From the NCBI GenBank assembly GCA_013265495.1, contig MU058718.1, positions 4,547,648 through 4,611,647 on the forward strand: a DNA stretch of 64,000 nt, in the 5' to 3' direction. Below are positions 24,987-36,600 of the stretch, piece after piece. Every line of letters starts with the position of its first letter. The first letter of the stretch is position 1. Source of the DNA: Vicugna vicugna. Lineage: Eukaryota. The translations under genes and the position numbers were made by a program. Below the pieces are notes generated by a model that was given only the letters and a program-made list of their open reading frames with translations, was not told the DNA's origin and ran no database searches.

Positions 24987-25684
24987 GTTTGTTAAAAAAC
25001 AGAAACAAAAACACAACTCTACTGTGAATGAAGAGGCCTGAGTGGATATCACATAAATCAGATGTGTTTGGTCACAGCAGGAAGTGTTAAGGCCAGGAAG
25101 CAAGTATAATGGGTGGAATTACTGTCTTGGGTTATAATTAATTATGGCTTGGGGAAAGGGGGACAGAGGGAGATGGGGCAGAAAGATACAGTTACTTTTT
25201 AGGATTAAGAGTATCTAGATACAGTTATGGTGGTTTGTCACCGTATCTGCAAATTTGCATCTATGTTCAGTGTCCTTATTTGAATCTGGTAAAATTGGCT
25301 GGAGAACTTGAACAAAGTGGGTTATTTTGCTCCACAGCAAAACTGATGAAAAGAACTTCTATGAATGTTTTTTTTTTTTTCTAGATCTCTAAAAGAAATG
25401 AATCTCAGGCATGAAATGTGTGGATGGAAACAATAAATATAGTTCAGACCTTCTCGGGATAGGTCACCTCTTGGAACCCCCGCCGCCCCGGCTATATAGA
25501 GATGTAGTTAGTAAAGCATGCTGACCACTTGGGAGAGCACAAAGGCTCTGAACCTGAGAGTATGAATTTCGCATTTTGGAAAAGTTTCTGATTAATAAAC
25601 CAAAAGCATTTCTTTCCCACTATCTTCAGATACTACTAGAAAATTATACAACAAACCAGTCTCGTAAGCCTATAGCCATTTAAA

Positions 25685-26180
25685 AAATTTGACATTTTTG
25701 TGAAAATTGTCGATTCACATGCAGGTGTAAGCAATAATAGAGCTCCTAGTGTACCCTTTGTCCAGTTTCTCCCAGTTGGAACATTTTGCAAAACTATCGC
25801 ACAATATGACAAGCAGGATGTTGACTTTGCTGGGATCCACAGTCTTGTGTAGCTTTTTCTAGCTTTGCTTTTACTCATTTGTATCTCCCTTGTGTATTTA
25901 GTCCTAAATGTTTTTTTCCCATTTAGTGTGTACACTTCAGTGGTTTTCAGTGTCTCACGATGCCATGCAGCCATCACCACTATCGAATTCTAGTCCTGTT
26001 CCATTTTAGCACATGTATCGGTTGATGTATCATCACTGCAATCCAGATCGAGCTCAACACTTCAGTCTTGCCCAGTTCAGGTGGAATGTTCACGTGGAAC
26101 CCTCGTGGCGATGCCCTTCCATAACCACACCCACTGCCGGTCCTCTCCCTTCCGTTCCTCACCCAGGCCACCACTGATAG
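25685..26180 (-). mobile_element. Old L1 (L1MC/L1MD-like) 3' UTR
   Basis: gattcacatgcaggtgtaagcaataatagag...gtacccttt...ccagtttctccca...acattttgcaaaactat. Confidence 0.7.
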
Positions 26181-26644
26181 CTGGAGTATTTTTGCTGTTG
26201 GTGCTGTTGTTGTTTTAATTCTTTGTGAAATCTGAATGATTACTATTATTAAGAAAACCCGTTTAAAGCTCTAGTGTGGGGACTATTCGCTGCTCGCCTG
26301 AGAACTCTGAGCTCTGGGTCTGGGGAGGGCGTTTGAAGGGGAGCATTTGTTCTCTACTGGGTCTCATTATTCAGGCCTCTTTGCACTGGTTGTTTTCCAA
26401 CCACGTCCTGCGGAGCATGCCTGCAAGTCACCCTTGAGGCTGCGGAGAGGTGTGGGCAAAGTGTCAGACCCGAAGATCAGGACGTGGGGAGACAGCTTGG
26501 GGAGTCGGGTTCAGCAGCTCTCTTGGGTGCTTGTATGCTTTACAAACAATGACCAGACGACTTCTGACCGATTAGACTGTAAGCTCCAGGAGGTTCGGGA
26601 CTGTAACCTGACACTTTGCACGATCTTTAGAACATAATATCAGT

Positions 26645-27530
26645 AATAATAACAACAAGGTTTTGCAACATTTATCAAATACTTATTCTGTCCCAGGCAT
26701 GGGACTAAATATATTATATTCATTTTATCCTTGAATTCTCTCCAAAAATCTGTAGGGTACAGTAGTTCCCCTGTATCTGCAGGGGATACATTCCAAGACC
26801 CCCAGTGGATGCCTGAAATCGTGGATGGTATTGAATTCTCTCTACATTATGTTTTTTTCCTATACATACATACCTATGATAGAGTTTCATTTATAAATTA
26901 GGCACAGTAAGAGATTAATAATTAATAATAAAATAGAACAATTGTAATAATATACTGCAGTGAAAGTTATGTGAACATAGTCTCTCTCTCTCTCAAAATA
27001 TCTTATTGTACTGTAGTTGCCCTTCTTATGACAATGTGAGATGATGAAACGCCAGTGTGGTGAGATGCAGTGAGGTGGATGAGGTCAGCACGGTGGCGTG
27101 GCGTTAGGCTGCTATTGACGTTCTGACGCTATGTCAGAAGGAGGGTCATCGGCTTTGGGTGACTCCGGATCACTGAGCTGTGATGATGTTGATGATTGGA
27201 TGTCAGGAAAGGATGACATTAATGGTTGGGGATCCTGGGATTGGATGGAGCCAGATGGCATGGGATTTCATCATGTTAAGGAGAACTGTGTGCAATTTAA
27301 AACTCAGGAATTGTTTCTTTCTGGACTTTTCCATTGGTTGATATGTAACGTGTAACTGAAACCTTGGAAGGCGAAGCCACAGATAAGGGAGGACTCCTAT
27401 ATGTATTATTTTTCTGATTTTGTAGGGCTTACAGATCAAGTCACTTGCCCGAGGTTACTTGGCAAACCAGGAAATGAACTAGATTTTCCTGAGTTCAAAG
27501 GCCATGCTTTTAACCACTATGCTGTGCTCC
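26645..27530 (-). mobile_element. MIR split by a MER44 insertion
   Basis: 3' half (acttattctgtcccaggcat) before 26760; 5' half (aagtcacttgcccgaggttac...atgcttttaaccactatgctg) after 27401. Confidence 0.6.
26760..27399 (+). mobile_element. MER44/Tigger7-family DNA transposon
   Basis: ta|cagtagttcccctgtatctgcaggggatacattccaagacccccagtggatgcctgaaa...gataagggaggactccta|ta. Confidence 0.85.
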
Positions 27531-27866
27531 ACTGACACTCACCAGTTTCTCATTTTATTATGTTGCAATAAGAAGATGTTTCCTGAAGTGTGTTTGGAAT
27601 GAACTGAGGTTTTTTTTCCGAGGCCTATTATGTGGTCAGTCTTGGCTGGCCTGGAGGGGTGGGGGATGCCTCCTGGGGAGTGTATGGGGAGGGGAAGGGG
27701 ACTGGTGGTCACCAGAGCAGGTTATTCAACACCTGGCCAGGTAGAGGAGAGTGAATTTGATATAGGCAACGTGAGAATGTACAGAACATTCTTAGGCAAG
27801 GGTGAATCTTTAAGAAGGTTGGCAGGGGGACACAGAGTGAAGTGGAGAGAGCCAGGAAAGCCCAGG

Positions 27867-28341
27867 TGTGGTAGGCATTGCAATAGGTCCCCAAAGATGT
27901 CCACGTCCTAATGCTAAAACCTGGGAATGTGTTACTTTATGTGGCAAAAAAGGAATCAAAGTTGCTGATGGAATTAAGGTTGCTAATCAGCTGACCTTGC
28001 AATAAGGAGATTATTTTCACTTATCAAAGTGGGTCCAAGGTAATCACAAGGGTCCTTTAACGTGGAAGAGGGAGGCAGAGGGGTCAGCATCAGAGTGACA
28101 TAATGAGAGAAAGACTTGATCAGCCATTGCTGGCTGTGAACCAGGAAATGGAGTTCTAGAAACTGGAAAAGTCAAGAAAGAGGAGTCTCCCATTGAGCCT
28201 CCAGAAGAACGCAACTCTGCCGACACCTTGATTTTAGCCCAGTAGACCCACTTTGGATTTCTGACCCTCCGACCATCATATAATAAATGTATGTTGTTTC
28301 AAGCCACCAAGTTTGTGGCAGTTTGTTACAGCAACAATACA
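27867..28341 (+). mobile_element. MaLR LTR (MLT1D-like)
   Basis: tgtggtaggca...ccccaaagatgtccacgtcctaat...ggaattaaggttgctaatcagctgacctt...gtttgttacagcaacaataca. Confidence 0.85.
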
Positions 28342-28734
28342 CCAGAAGACAAGGAAAGCAGCACAGTGGCTGCTGCTGTTCAGGACGACGTGGTAAGATT
28401 TAAGACCAGGATGGTGGCTGTGAAAAAGATGGCCAAACTGATTGATCCAGTGACCCTACCTCCTTCCACATCTTCTGAGCCAAGTGAGGGAGGTCTCTGA
28501 GGGAACCACTTGGGAAGGCCAGGCTTGGGGACCAGCGTCTCACGCATGACTGGGTGTTTGTCGAGTGGCTGGACCTGACGGGTCTGGAGCAGAATGTGGA
28601 GAGAAAGTTCTTAGGAGACTTTGACTGTGTGTCCCTGGAGACTGGGAAGCCTGGAAGCTATGCCTGGGTGTTTCTTGAAGGGGCTTGAAGGTTGGAGGCT
28701 GGCTAGGACAGGAGTGGGGCCTCAGTGCGAATAG

Positions 28735-28874
28735 GCCTCAGGAGAATTCAATCCTGCCAACACCTGGATCTCAGACTTATGGCCTCCAGAATTGTGGGAA
28801 AAGAAATTTCTGTTGGTTAAGCCACCCCATCTGTGGTACTTGGTTATGGCAGCCCGAGCAGGCCACTGAATACA
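28735..28874 (+). mobile_element. MLT1 3' fragment
   Basis: cctgccaacacctggatctcagactt...ggcctccagaattgtg...aaatttctgttggttaagccacc...aataca. Confidence 0.75.
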
Positions 28875-28914
28875 GGGCCCGTGTATAGAGAAGAGGTACG
28901 GAGGGGCGGCAACA

Positions 28915-29220
28915 GGGTGTAACTCTGGATGGAGCTGCTAACCTGTGCTGAATCCAGACCCACCACTTACAGCTATGTAACCCTGGGCAAGATAGTTAAC
29001 TTCTCTAAACTTGGGTTTCTTAAATGTAAAATAGGGGTAATAACGCCTTCTGTCCAGGATAGCTTGGGTTATTTATTTATTTAACTTTATCACATTTCAT
29101 TTACCACATGCCAGGCGTTGCTCTAAACACTTTGTAAATATTGCGGGGATTAATAGTAATCATGTAAGTCATGTGTGTAGCACAATGTCAAGCGAATATC
29201 TGTCATCGTCATTTTTATTA
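28915..29220 (+). mobile_element. MIR
   Basis: ccacttacagctatgtaaccctgggcaagatagttaacttctct...gtttcttaaatgtaaaatagggg. Confidence 0.7.
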
Positions 29221-29428
29221 TTCATATGAGCTTTATATTAAAGAGTTACTTTTTTCTGGAAAAAAATCCACAAATATTTCTCTAGGGAGTTGAGACTTCT
29301 TCAGCAACCATTCCTGTCTCTGATAATTAAAGCACAGTTTATTAACAATTGAAATTTTGTCAGTATGTTATTGGAAACTATTATTTTTTTCTATTAAGTG
29401 TGTGACTTTAAAAGGTTTGCTGTATTTT

Positions 29429-29731
29429 TTTTTCTTTTTTTATTGAAGTGTAGTCAGTTTATAATATTGCATCACTCTTTGGTGTACAGCTTAATGTTTT
29501 AGTCATACATGTACATACGTATATTCGTTTTCACATTCTTTTTCATTATAGGTTACTACAAGATATTGAATATTGTTCCCTGTGCTATACAGTAGAAACT
29601 TGTTGTTTTTTTATTAAATATGTATTAGTCAGTATATGCAAATCTCAAACTCCCAATTTATCCCTTCCCACCTTCTTCCCCTCCTGATAACCATAAATTT
29701 GTTTTCTATGTCTGTGAGTCTCTTTCTGTTT
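29429..29731 (-). mobile_element. Camelid-type L1 3' end
   Basis: 15-bp TSD ggtttgctgtatttt at 29414-29428 and 29732-29746. Confidence 0.92.
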
Positions 29732-31035
29732 GGTTTGCTGTATTTTAAAGTGTGATCTTTATGTCTCAGGGACCCTTTCAATGTGAAAACGTATTTGAAA
29801 TACACATAAATCAATTAGAATATAATCTTATTTACCAAAACACGTCTATATATAAACTTTAGCATCGCATCAAGCAAGGCTCTTTTGTACCACAACATAT
29901 AACAGTGTATGATCCTTAATGTGTTCAAGAAAAACTGCATGCAGTTCCACAGGTAGACACTAGGCGGCACTCTTGTAAGGGGAAGTCAAGCTTCCCTACT
30001 AAAACTAAGTCTGGGTTTTGCTGGTGGAAGTGTACTCACTCTAAGTTGATGCTCTCCTTTAGTGCTAAGATATTCAACCTGCTAAGCATGAGAAATAGAA
30101 ATGATTTATTCAGAGATTCCAAAAGAGGCATTACAAGGAGCAATCTTAAAAACCCTATGAATGTAGGACTTAATGTGGCGCCACGTTTTGTAGAGTTGGT
30201 CCAGAACACAAGAAATCATCAAGCACTTTGGTGGAAGTGGGAATTACTCAGTCCTATTTTGGACATTTTAAACTCAGCACTTACAGTTAGATTTGTCTTT
30301 AAACTAATTTTTCTTGTTTCCAGTTTGTGTTTCCACGTTCAACTCACGCTGTTTGGAAGGATTCGGTGAAGAAACAGCGGGAGAGAGAACACATAGAAAT
30401 ACAGTTTGGGAAGCTCCGTTTTCCCCGACATGCAATTCAGCTCCAGCCCCCTCTTTTCAGAATAATTTAGCGCTGTATATTGAAGAGTATGTGTAGGTTC
30501 CGGAGACCTGGGTCCTTGCCCCAGCTCTCCCACTGAGTTGTGTTGTGTCATAGGGACCTGGAGTCTGCGCAGAGGAGAGAGATGTTCATTCTGACTTTCC
30601 TTCTTTCTCCCACCGATCCTTCGCCCAGGGGTACTCTTCCTTCTCACTCTCTCCTGCCTCTCAAATATGCCTCAGACTCTGTCTTCTGCAGTCAAAAGGA
30701 ACGGGCTTTTGTTTAATTGATTTTTATTAACGGTCATGGAGGAAAATGTTACATATTCTAAAGATAGGTGAGGAGAAGAGGGAAGTTATATTAAAGTAAT
30801 CAAGCTAGTTTTTGGTCTTTTAACAATATGGCTATGATAGGGTCTTATTTCATATAGGAGAGACTTTGAGGGGGTGGTTTAGTTACAGATACTCTTGATA
30901 TTTAAAAAAGAATTTGCTTTGATGGTAGGAGGACCTATTCTAACCTGTCTCCTCATCTTTTTTTTTTTTCCACATCCTCTGTAGCTTGCCGAGGATGCTG
31001 GGTTTGCTTTTACCCTCACTGTTTGTTATCTAAGT

Positions 31036-31080
31036 ATCCATTCATTTATCCATCCATCCATCCATCCTTCCGTCCGTCTG
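31036..31080. repeat. (CATC)n-type microsatellite
   Basis: Seen directly. Confidence 0.8.
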
Positions 31081-32195
31081 CCTCTGGTGACTTTCTCTCA
31101 GCTGGTAAACATGCCTCAGTGTACCTTCTGCTCAAGATGAGATCTTTGGAATCAAAGATAGGCCTCTTGACTTTCTCGTTTTAGTTCTTCACTCTAGATT
31201 CTAAAAATTACAGGGAAATGTAATTTCCTCGCCAAGTTAACCATTAAGACACACAGAACACTTCCCTTTTCAGAACCAAAATAAAAAAAAAAAGAAGGAA
31301 AAAATATAGATGTGTGTGTATCATACATGTACGTGGTGTTCTTTGGGCGCTAATTGGAGATGGGGCTCAGTCACATTCAGGTGCCATAAAGATGTGACCC
31401 CAGGGAGCTTCATGCCTGACCCACGGGTTTTGGTTACAGGAGGCATCTGTGCCAGCTCTCTCTCTTCTTGGTCTGAGTAGGCACCTGCAATTCTGAGCAT
31501 CTGAGTCAGTTTTTGGTTAGGGCATTGATTCTGGGATACCTGTTAATACACAGATCTCTAACACAAGGACGTTATCCTCATTATCACCCTTTATGAGGGG
31601 TTAGTTGATCAGAAGAACTTGCTGACAGAGGACCAGGTCCTGGAAGAAATACCACTCCAGAGAATACGTTCTGACGGAGAAGGGGAGAGTCTGCTGGGCT
31701 TGGAGTCTTGCTTAGAGAGAAGACCAGCTCAGAAGGAATTTGCACAAAGACACAGAGGTCCTGGGGCATGGAGATGGTAAGGTCAACGCTGATGGGAGAT
31801 AGGCTGGGGTCAAAGACAAATCATCTGCACAGGCAGTTCAGTCCCAGGGATGCTTGGCCAGGTTCTGGGCCAAGGCGTGGCTGGACCAGCGCTCAGCCTG
31901 CAGCCCAGACCTCTGGGTTCCCTGCCTGATCCACGCTGTCCTGTGAGCCTTATACTCATTTTGGTCCCTACTTTGAATCCCAGCAGTAACAGTGTTCGTA
32001 GCACTTTCACATGCTTTTGTGTACACAGCCTCAAGATCTGGACACTGCCACAAAGCCGAAGCTGGGCGGGGCCGCTAGGGGGACTCCAGAGGCCCCTGGG
32101 TGTGTGTGCCTCTCAGCCGGGACCCCCTGCAGCGCGTCGCCGGCCTTTCATACATGACTGCCTCCACTGAGCCTGAGCTCCCAGTCAGGAGGTTA

Positions 32196-32267
32196 TTTTT
32201 CTTTTCTTTTCCTTTTTCTTTTTCTTTTTCTTTTCTTTTTTCCTCTTTCTTTCTTTCCTTCCTTCCT

Positions 32268-32326
<59 letters not shown>

Positions 32327-32527
32327 CTTTCTTTCTAACATTTTTATTGATTCATAATCATTTTACAATGTTGTGTCAAATTCCAGTGTAGAGCACAATT
32401 TTTCAGTTATACATGAACATACATATATTCATTGTCACAACACATGACTGCCTCCACTGAGCCTGAGCTCCCAATCAGGAGGTTATTTTTCTTTTCTTTT
32501 CCTTTTTCTTTTTCTTTTCTTTTTTCC

Positions 32528-32587
<60 letters not shown>

Positions 32588-32864
32588 TTTCTTTCTTTCT
32601 TTCTAACATTTTTATTGATTCATAATCATTTTACAATGTTGTGTNNNNNNNNNNNNNNNNNNNNNNNNNNNNNNNNNNNNNNNNNNNNNNNNNNNNNNNN
32701 NNNNNNNNNNNNNNNNNNNNNNNNNNNNNNNNNNNNTCTTGTGTGTATTTCCCTGTGCTACACAGTATAATCTTGTTTATCTATTCTACAATTTTGAAAT
32801 CCCATCTATCCCTTCCCACCCCCCGCCCCCTTGGCAACCGTAAGTTTGTATTCTATGGCTGTGC
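32196..32864 (-). mobile_element. Young camelid L1 3' end with (TTTC)n-expanded tail, spanning the gap and partly duplicated
   Basis: ttctaacatttttattgattcataatcattttacaatgttgtgtcaaattccagtg before the gap; ccctgtgctacacagt...cccttggcaaccgtaagtttg after it. Confidence 0.8.
32645..32736. other. Assembly gap (92 N)
   Basis: Seen directly. Confidence 1.
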
Positions 32865-32939
32865 TTTTTCTTTTCAAATTCTCTCCCTTGTAGCTGTGTG
32901 GCTCATTTGGTCCTGAGGCTTGTGGCTGGGCAAGACTTC

Positions 32940-33420
32940 TCCCGGGAGGTAAAGGAGAGTTAAATTAGAAAAAGACCCTCTTGCCTACGGTGGCGATGAT
33001 CATACTTTGTCCAGGGCCGCAGTCTTGACCCGGGTCTGCTCCCCATTTTAGCCTGGCCGGGAAGCCGCTAACCTGATTCCCACTGCCGATGGAGGCCTGG
33101 GCTCCGCGCGCGCTAGCGTGGTTGAAATGGAAAAGCGCCTCTCTTCCCACCTCCGTCCCGTTAGTGAAACTAAATGGTCCTGCGAAAAGGCTTTGTACAA
33201 AGCTTTAAAATCACTTGACAGCGCTTCAGGTAAGGTCAGAGAGAGAGCTGTTAGTGAAGATTTTATTAGCACAAACTTTGAGGCTGTCGTTGCATTTGCC
33301 AGGAAATAAGACCCCAAAGCGCATCCTCTCTCTCTGGGCGCCTAGAAGGTCGCCGCTGTGAAGTGCAGGGAGCCAGGGGCTTAGAATTCCTTTTTCTGAT
33401 TCAGCGTGGTCGGCTGAAGG
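32940..33420 (+). promoter_or_regulatory. CpG-enriched regulatory region or candidate alternative first exon, donor CAG|gtaagg (GT at 33230)
   Basis: Many CpGs including gcgcgcgc; consensus donor; non-repeat. Confidence 0.35.
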
Positions 33421-33433
33421 CTAAACATTAAAA

Positions 33434-33810
33434 AATTTTTTAATTGAAATATAGTTGATTTACAATGTCGTGTTAGTTTTGGGTGTACAGCATAGTGATT
33501 CAGTTATACATATATATTCTTTTTCAAGGTGTTGGGTGTAGTTCCCTGTGCTGTACAATAGGACCTTGTTATTTATCTGTTTTACATGTGGTAGTTAGTA
33601 TCTGCTAATCCCAAGCTCCTGATGTATTCCTCCCCCACTTTCCCTTTAGTAACCATTAGTTTGTTTTCTATGTCTGTGGCTCTCTTTCTGTTTTGTAAAT
33701 AAGTTCATTTGTGTCATTTTTTCAGATTCCACATGTAAGTGATATTGTATGGTGTGTGTCTTTCTCTGTCTGATTTACGTCACTTAGTGAGATAATCTCT
33801 ACGTGTGTCC
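33434..33810 (-). mobile_element. Camelid-type L1 3' end
   Basis: ttttttaattgaaatatagttgatttacaatg...cagattccacatgtaagtgata. Confidence 0.9.
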
Positions 33811-35519
33811 TGAACATGGTTAAGAGAAGCATCTTGTATGTTTAAAGAGTGAGGCTGGGCCAATCAGGACGGAGTACAGGGGCTGTGGGCCTGGAACTGG
33901 AGGTCACAGGGCCTGCCTCAGTCTTCCTTTTGTGACTTAGAAGCCACGTGCTTTGGCTTCGTCGTCTTCTTTTCTTTTTTAATTTTAGATTTGGACACTA
34001 TTATTGTAAAGAAACCTGCCTGGCTGCCTGTTGGCCCAAGCTGAACTTCAAAGGGCAGCTTAACTTCCAGAGATGTGCTCTCCCTGTCCCAGAAGTGGGA
34101 GAGGGACCCACGAGGCCAGGTCTCCATGTGAGAGGCCCCCAGTGGGCCAGGAGCCAGTGAGACAATGTCGCTCACTCCCTGCACCCCCTCCACCAGGCTG
34201 CACAGTCCCGCTCCCTGACAAGCCCCCACATTCATAATGGAACCCCACACTGTCCTGTGTAACCTCAACACACAGTCCTTGAGAAGTGGTTGGGGACATG
34301 TGTGCAGGGTACAGTTTGTTCTAAACTTCCTGATGCTCTGCACATCTAGAAATCAAGACAAGACCTCCAGTTAAAAAAAAATCAAGCTTTCTGTTATGAT
34401 GAGCTATAGTTGCAGTCTACTCTTCAAGGAAAGGGCTGGCATCAGGGTAGCCTGTGTTCAGGAGAGGGCTGTCTGACTTAAAACATCTAAAAATATCTGC
34501 TTATCCTCCTTCCCATTACAGACTCTTTCATGTGAGCAAAGGAATCCCTCATCCCAAATCCTTTTTTTAAAAATTCTTAAACCTCTGAGAGGTTAGAGTC
34601 AGGCAGCTGTTATTATTCATTCACACTTTAGCTTGAATTAGTTTGGCTAATAACTTCCTAATGATAGCTAGGTGAGGGCTTATAGGGGGAGGCAAAAGTA
34701 ACTTAGTTGATGTGTGTGTGTGTTTTAGGGGGGTGGGAGTAAATGAGGAGGGTCCTGAGCACCTGGGTTGGGGGGTAGGATGCTCCAAAGACAGTTCCTC
34801 TATTGTGGTTTTCCTCCCAGCACTGTTTCTGTGGCATTCTCACCCACCAGAGCGTCGCAAAGCCATTGTGATCCCCTGTCCTTAATGCTAGCACAGTTAT
34901 CGAGCAACGTAGCCAAGTACTTAGAGGCAGCCTGATCGGAAGAATTTCACTGCACCTGCTCTCTCTTCCTACTTTAATATGACCTTGGAACTTATTAATT
35001 GTATTGTCTTCTTAATGGCTTTTAAGCTTTTTTTTTCACTTGTAAAAGAATTGGTTATTTTTGCATGGAGCTTTTTCTGAGGGGGGGGACTAGAGAAAAA
35101 ATCTCACATTTATGAAAGGCTTTAATTTTTTTCTTAATCTTTGTCTCAGAGTGGCATCTTAATGCAGGAGTCCAGGCTGTATATAGGTTGTTAGCTAGGA
35201 CCCACCAGCATGGCCCTGGCTGTTGTTAAAATACTGGAGAACTTTTTATACTGATTGAGTTGGCTCCTTCCCGACAGCTCTTCCAGCCCGTCATCTGGAA
35301 GCTCCCTCTCTCCACAAGCCAATAATGAAGAGGTTAACGCGTGGTCCCACAGGGGCGTCTGCACCTGCAGCAGCACCAGCTCCGTTGCTGGTAGAAGCTT
35401 CTGGGAGAGCATGTTTTGTATCCCCTTCTCTTTGCTAAGCACTATTTCTTAAAATGCCAGTCGCATCATAATCCTGGGGGCTCTGCACATCCGGCCACCC
35501 CCTATCTTGTAAGAGTTGC

Positions 35520-35666
35520 GGGTGACACAGCCATGCCTACTCATTTACATAGTGTTCTGGACGCCTTCGTGCTGCAGAGTTGAAGAGTTACAACTGAGAC
35601 CCCATTGCCCACGAAGCCCAAAGTATTATTATCTGGCTCTTTGCAGAAAAAGCTTGCTGACCTCTG
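35520..35666. mobile_element. MER58 (hAT-Charlie) fragment
   Basis: acacagccatgcctactcatttacata...tattattatctggctctttgcagaaaaagcttgctgacctctg. Confidence 0.7.
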
Positions 35667-36139
35667 CTCCTCAGACCAGCAGCGGGGCTGAGGCATTTGC
35701 TCGCTGCATGTCAACTTGGCACTACCACTTGGTCACAGAACCTCTGTTTTTCCTGACGTTAGCGTCTCCCTCCCCGTTCCTGCCATGCGTCCTACATCAC
35801 TCTACTGCTGTGAATAAATGAAAAAAGTAATGAAGAGAAGGGAGCCGGTAATTGTTGTTGTTGTTGTTGTTGTTTTTAAACAAATGTCAAAAAAACCCTA
35901 GGAGTATTTCTGACATTTCAAAAAAAAAAATATGTCAGTGGTTCTCTATTTGCATAGTTTTATGTGGTTCAGAAGGCCCGTCTGTAATCCATTTGAGTTG
36001 AAGTCCCATTTGTCACTGCTGTCAGGTGGGTAAAATATATTTGAAACCTTTTTGCTTTAAGGAAGATAGAAGGCTTTGCCACATTTGACATTGAACTGGA
36101 TAACTTTGCCACTCTCAGGGAAATGTCAGTTCTGAGAAA

Positions 36140-36600
36140 GACTTGCAGTGGCTGGAACAAATAGACATTAAAAAACATTTTATCTTTTTTTTTTTTTTGA
36201 TATCAGTTCTGGGTTGAACCCAGGACCTTGTCCATGCTAAGCATGTGCTCTACCCCTGAGCTATACTCACACCCCAAAATGGGGGTTTATTTTTCTTATA
36301 CAAGATGTTTAGAAGTTGATGGTTGCTGCTCTTGTTTCATGGGTTCAGTGGTGTCTCAGGTCACTTAGCCTTTCCTTTGTTCTTATTTGCTCCTTGGGAG
36401 CCAGGCAGGCTGCTCTAACTCCAGAAATCAAGTTGGAAATCAAAGCAGAAAGAGGAGGAAAGGGAGTAATGTCAGTTACAACTGTCTTCTTTATCAGGGG
36501 AGCAAAACTTTTCCAAAAACTCCAATCAAACTCCTTTTTGTATCTGATTGACTAGAAGCGTGTTACGTGGCTGTCCTTGGAAAAGCTTGGAGAGAAACGG
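36140..36600 (-). mobile_element. Old MaLR LTR (MLT1K/L-like) containing a SINE
   Basis: gggtttatttttcttatacaagatgttt...ggctgctctaactccagaaatca...ctgattgactagaagcgtgttacgtggc. Confidence 0.5.
36185..36275 (-). mobile_element. Vic-1-type SINE
   Basis: Poly-T then gggttgaacccaggacc...atgctaagcatgtgctctacccctgagctatac. Confidence 0.88.

Noticed and set aside
35278..35390. Ser-rich coding exon (SSSPSSGSSLSPQANNEE)
   Set aside because: Donor sites are weak and the peptide is not recognised.
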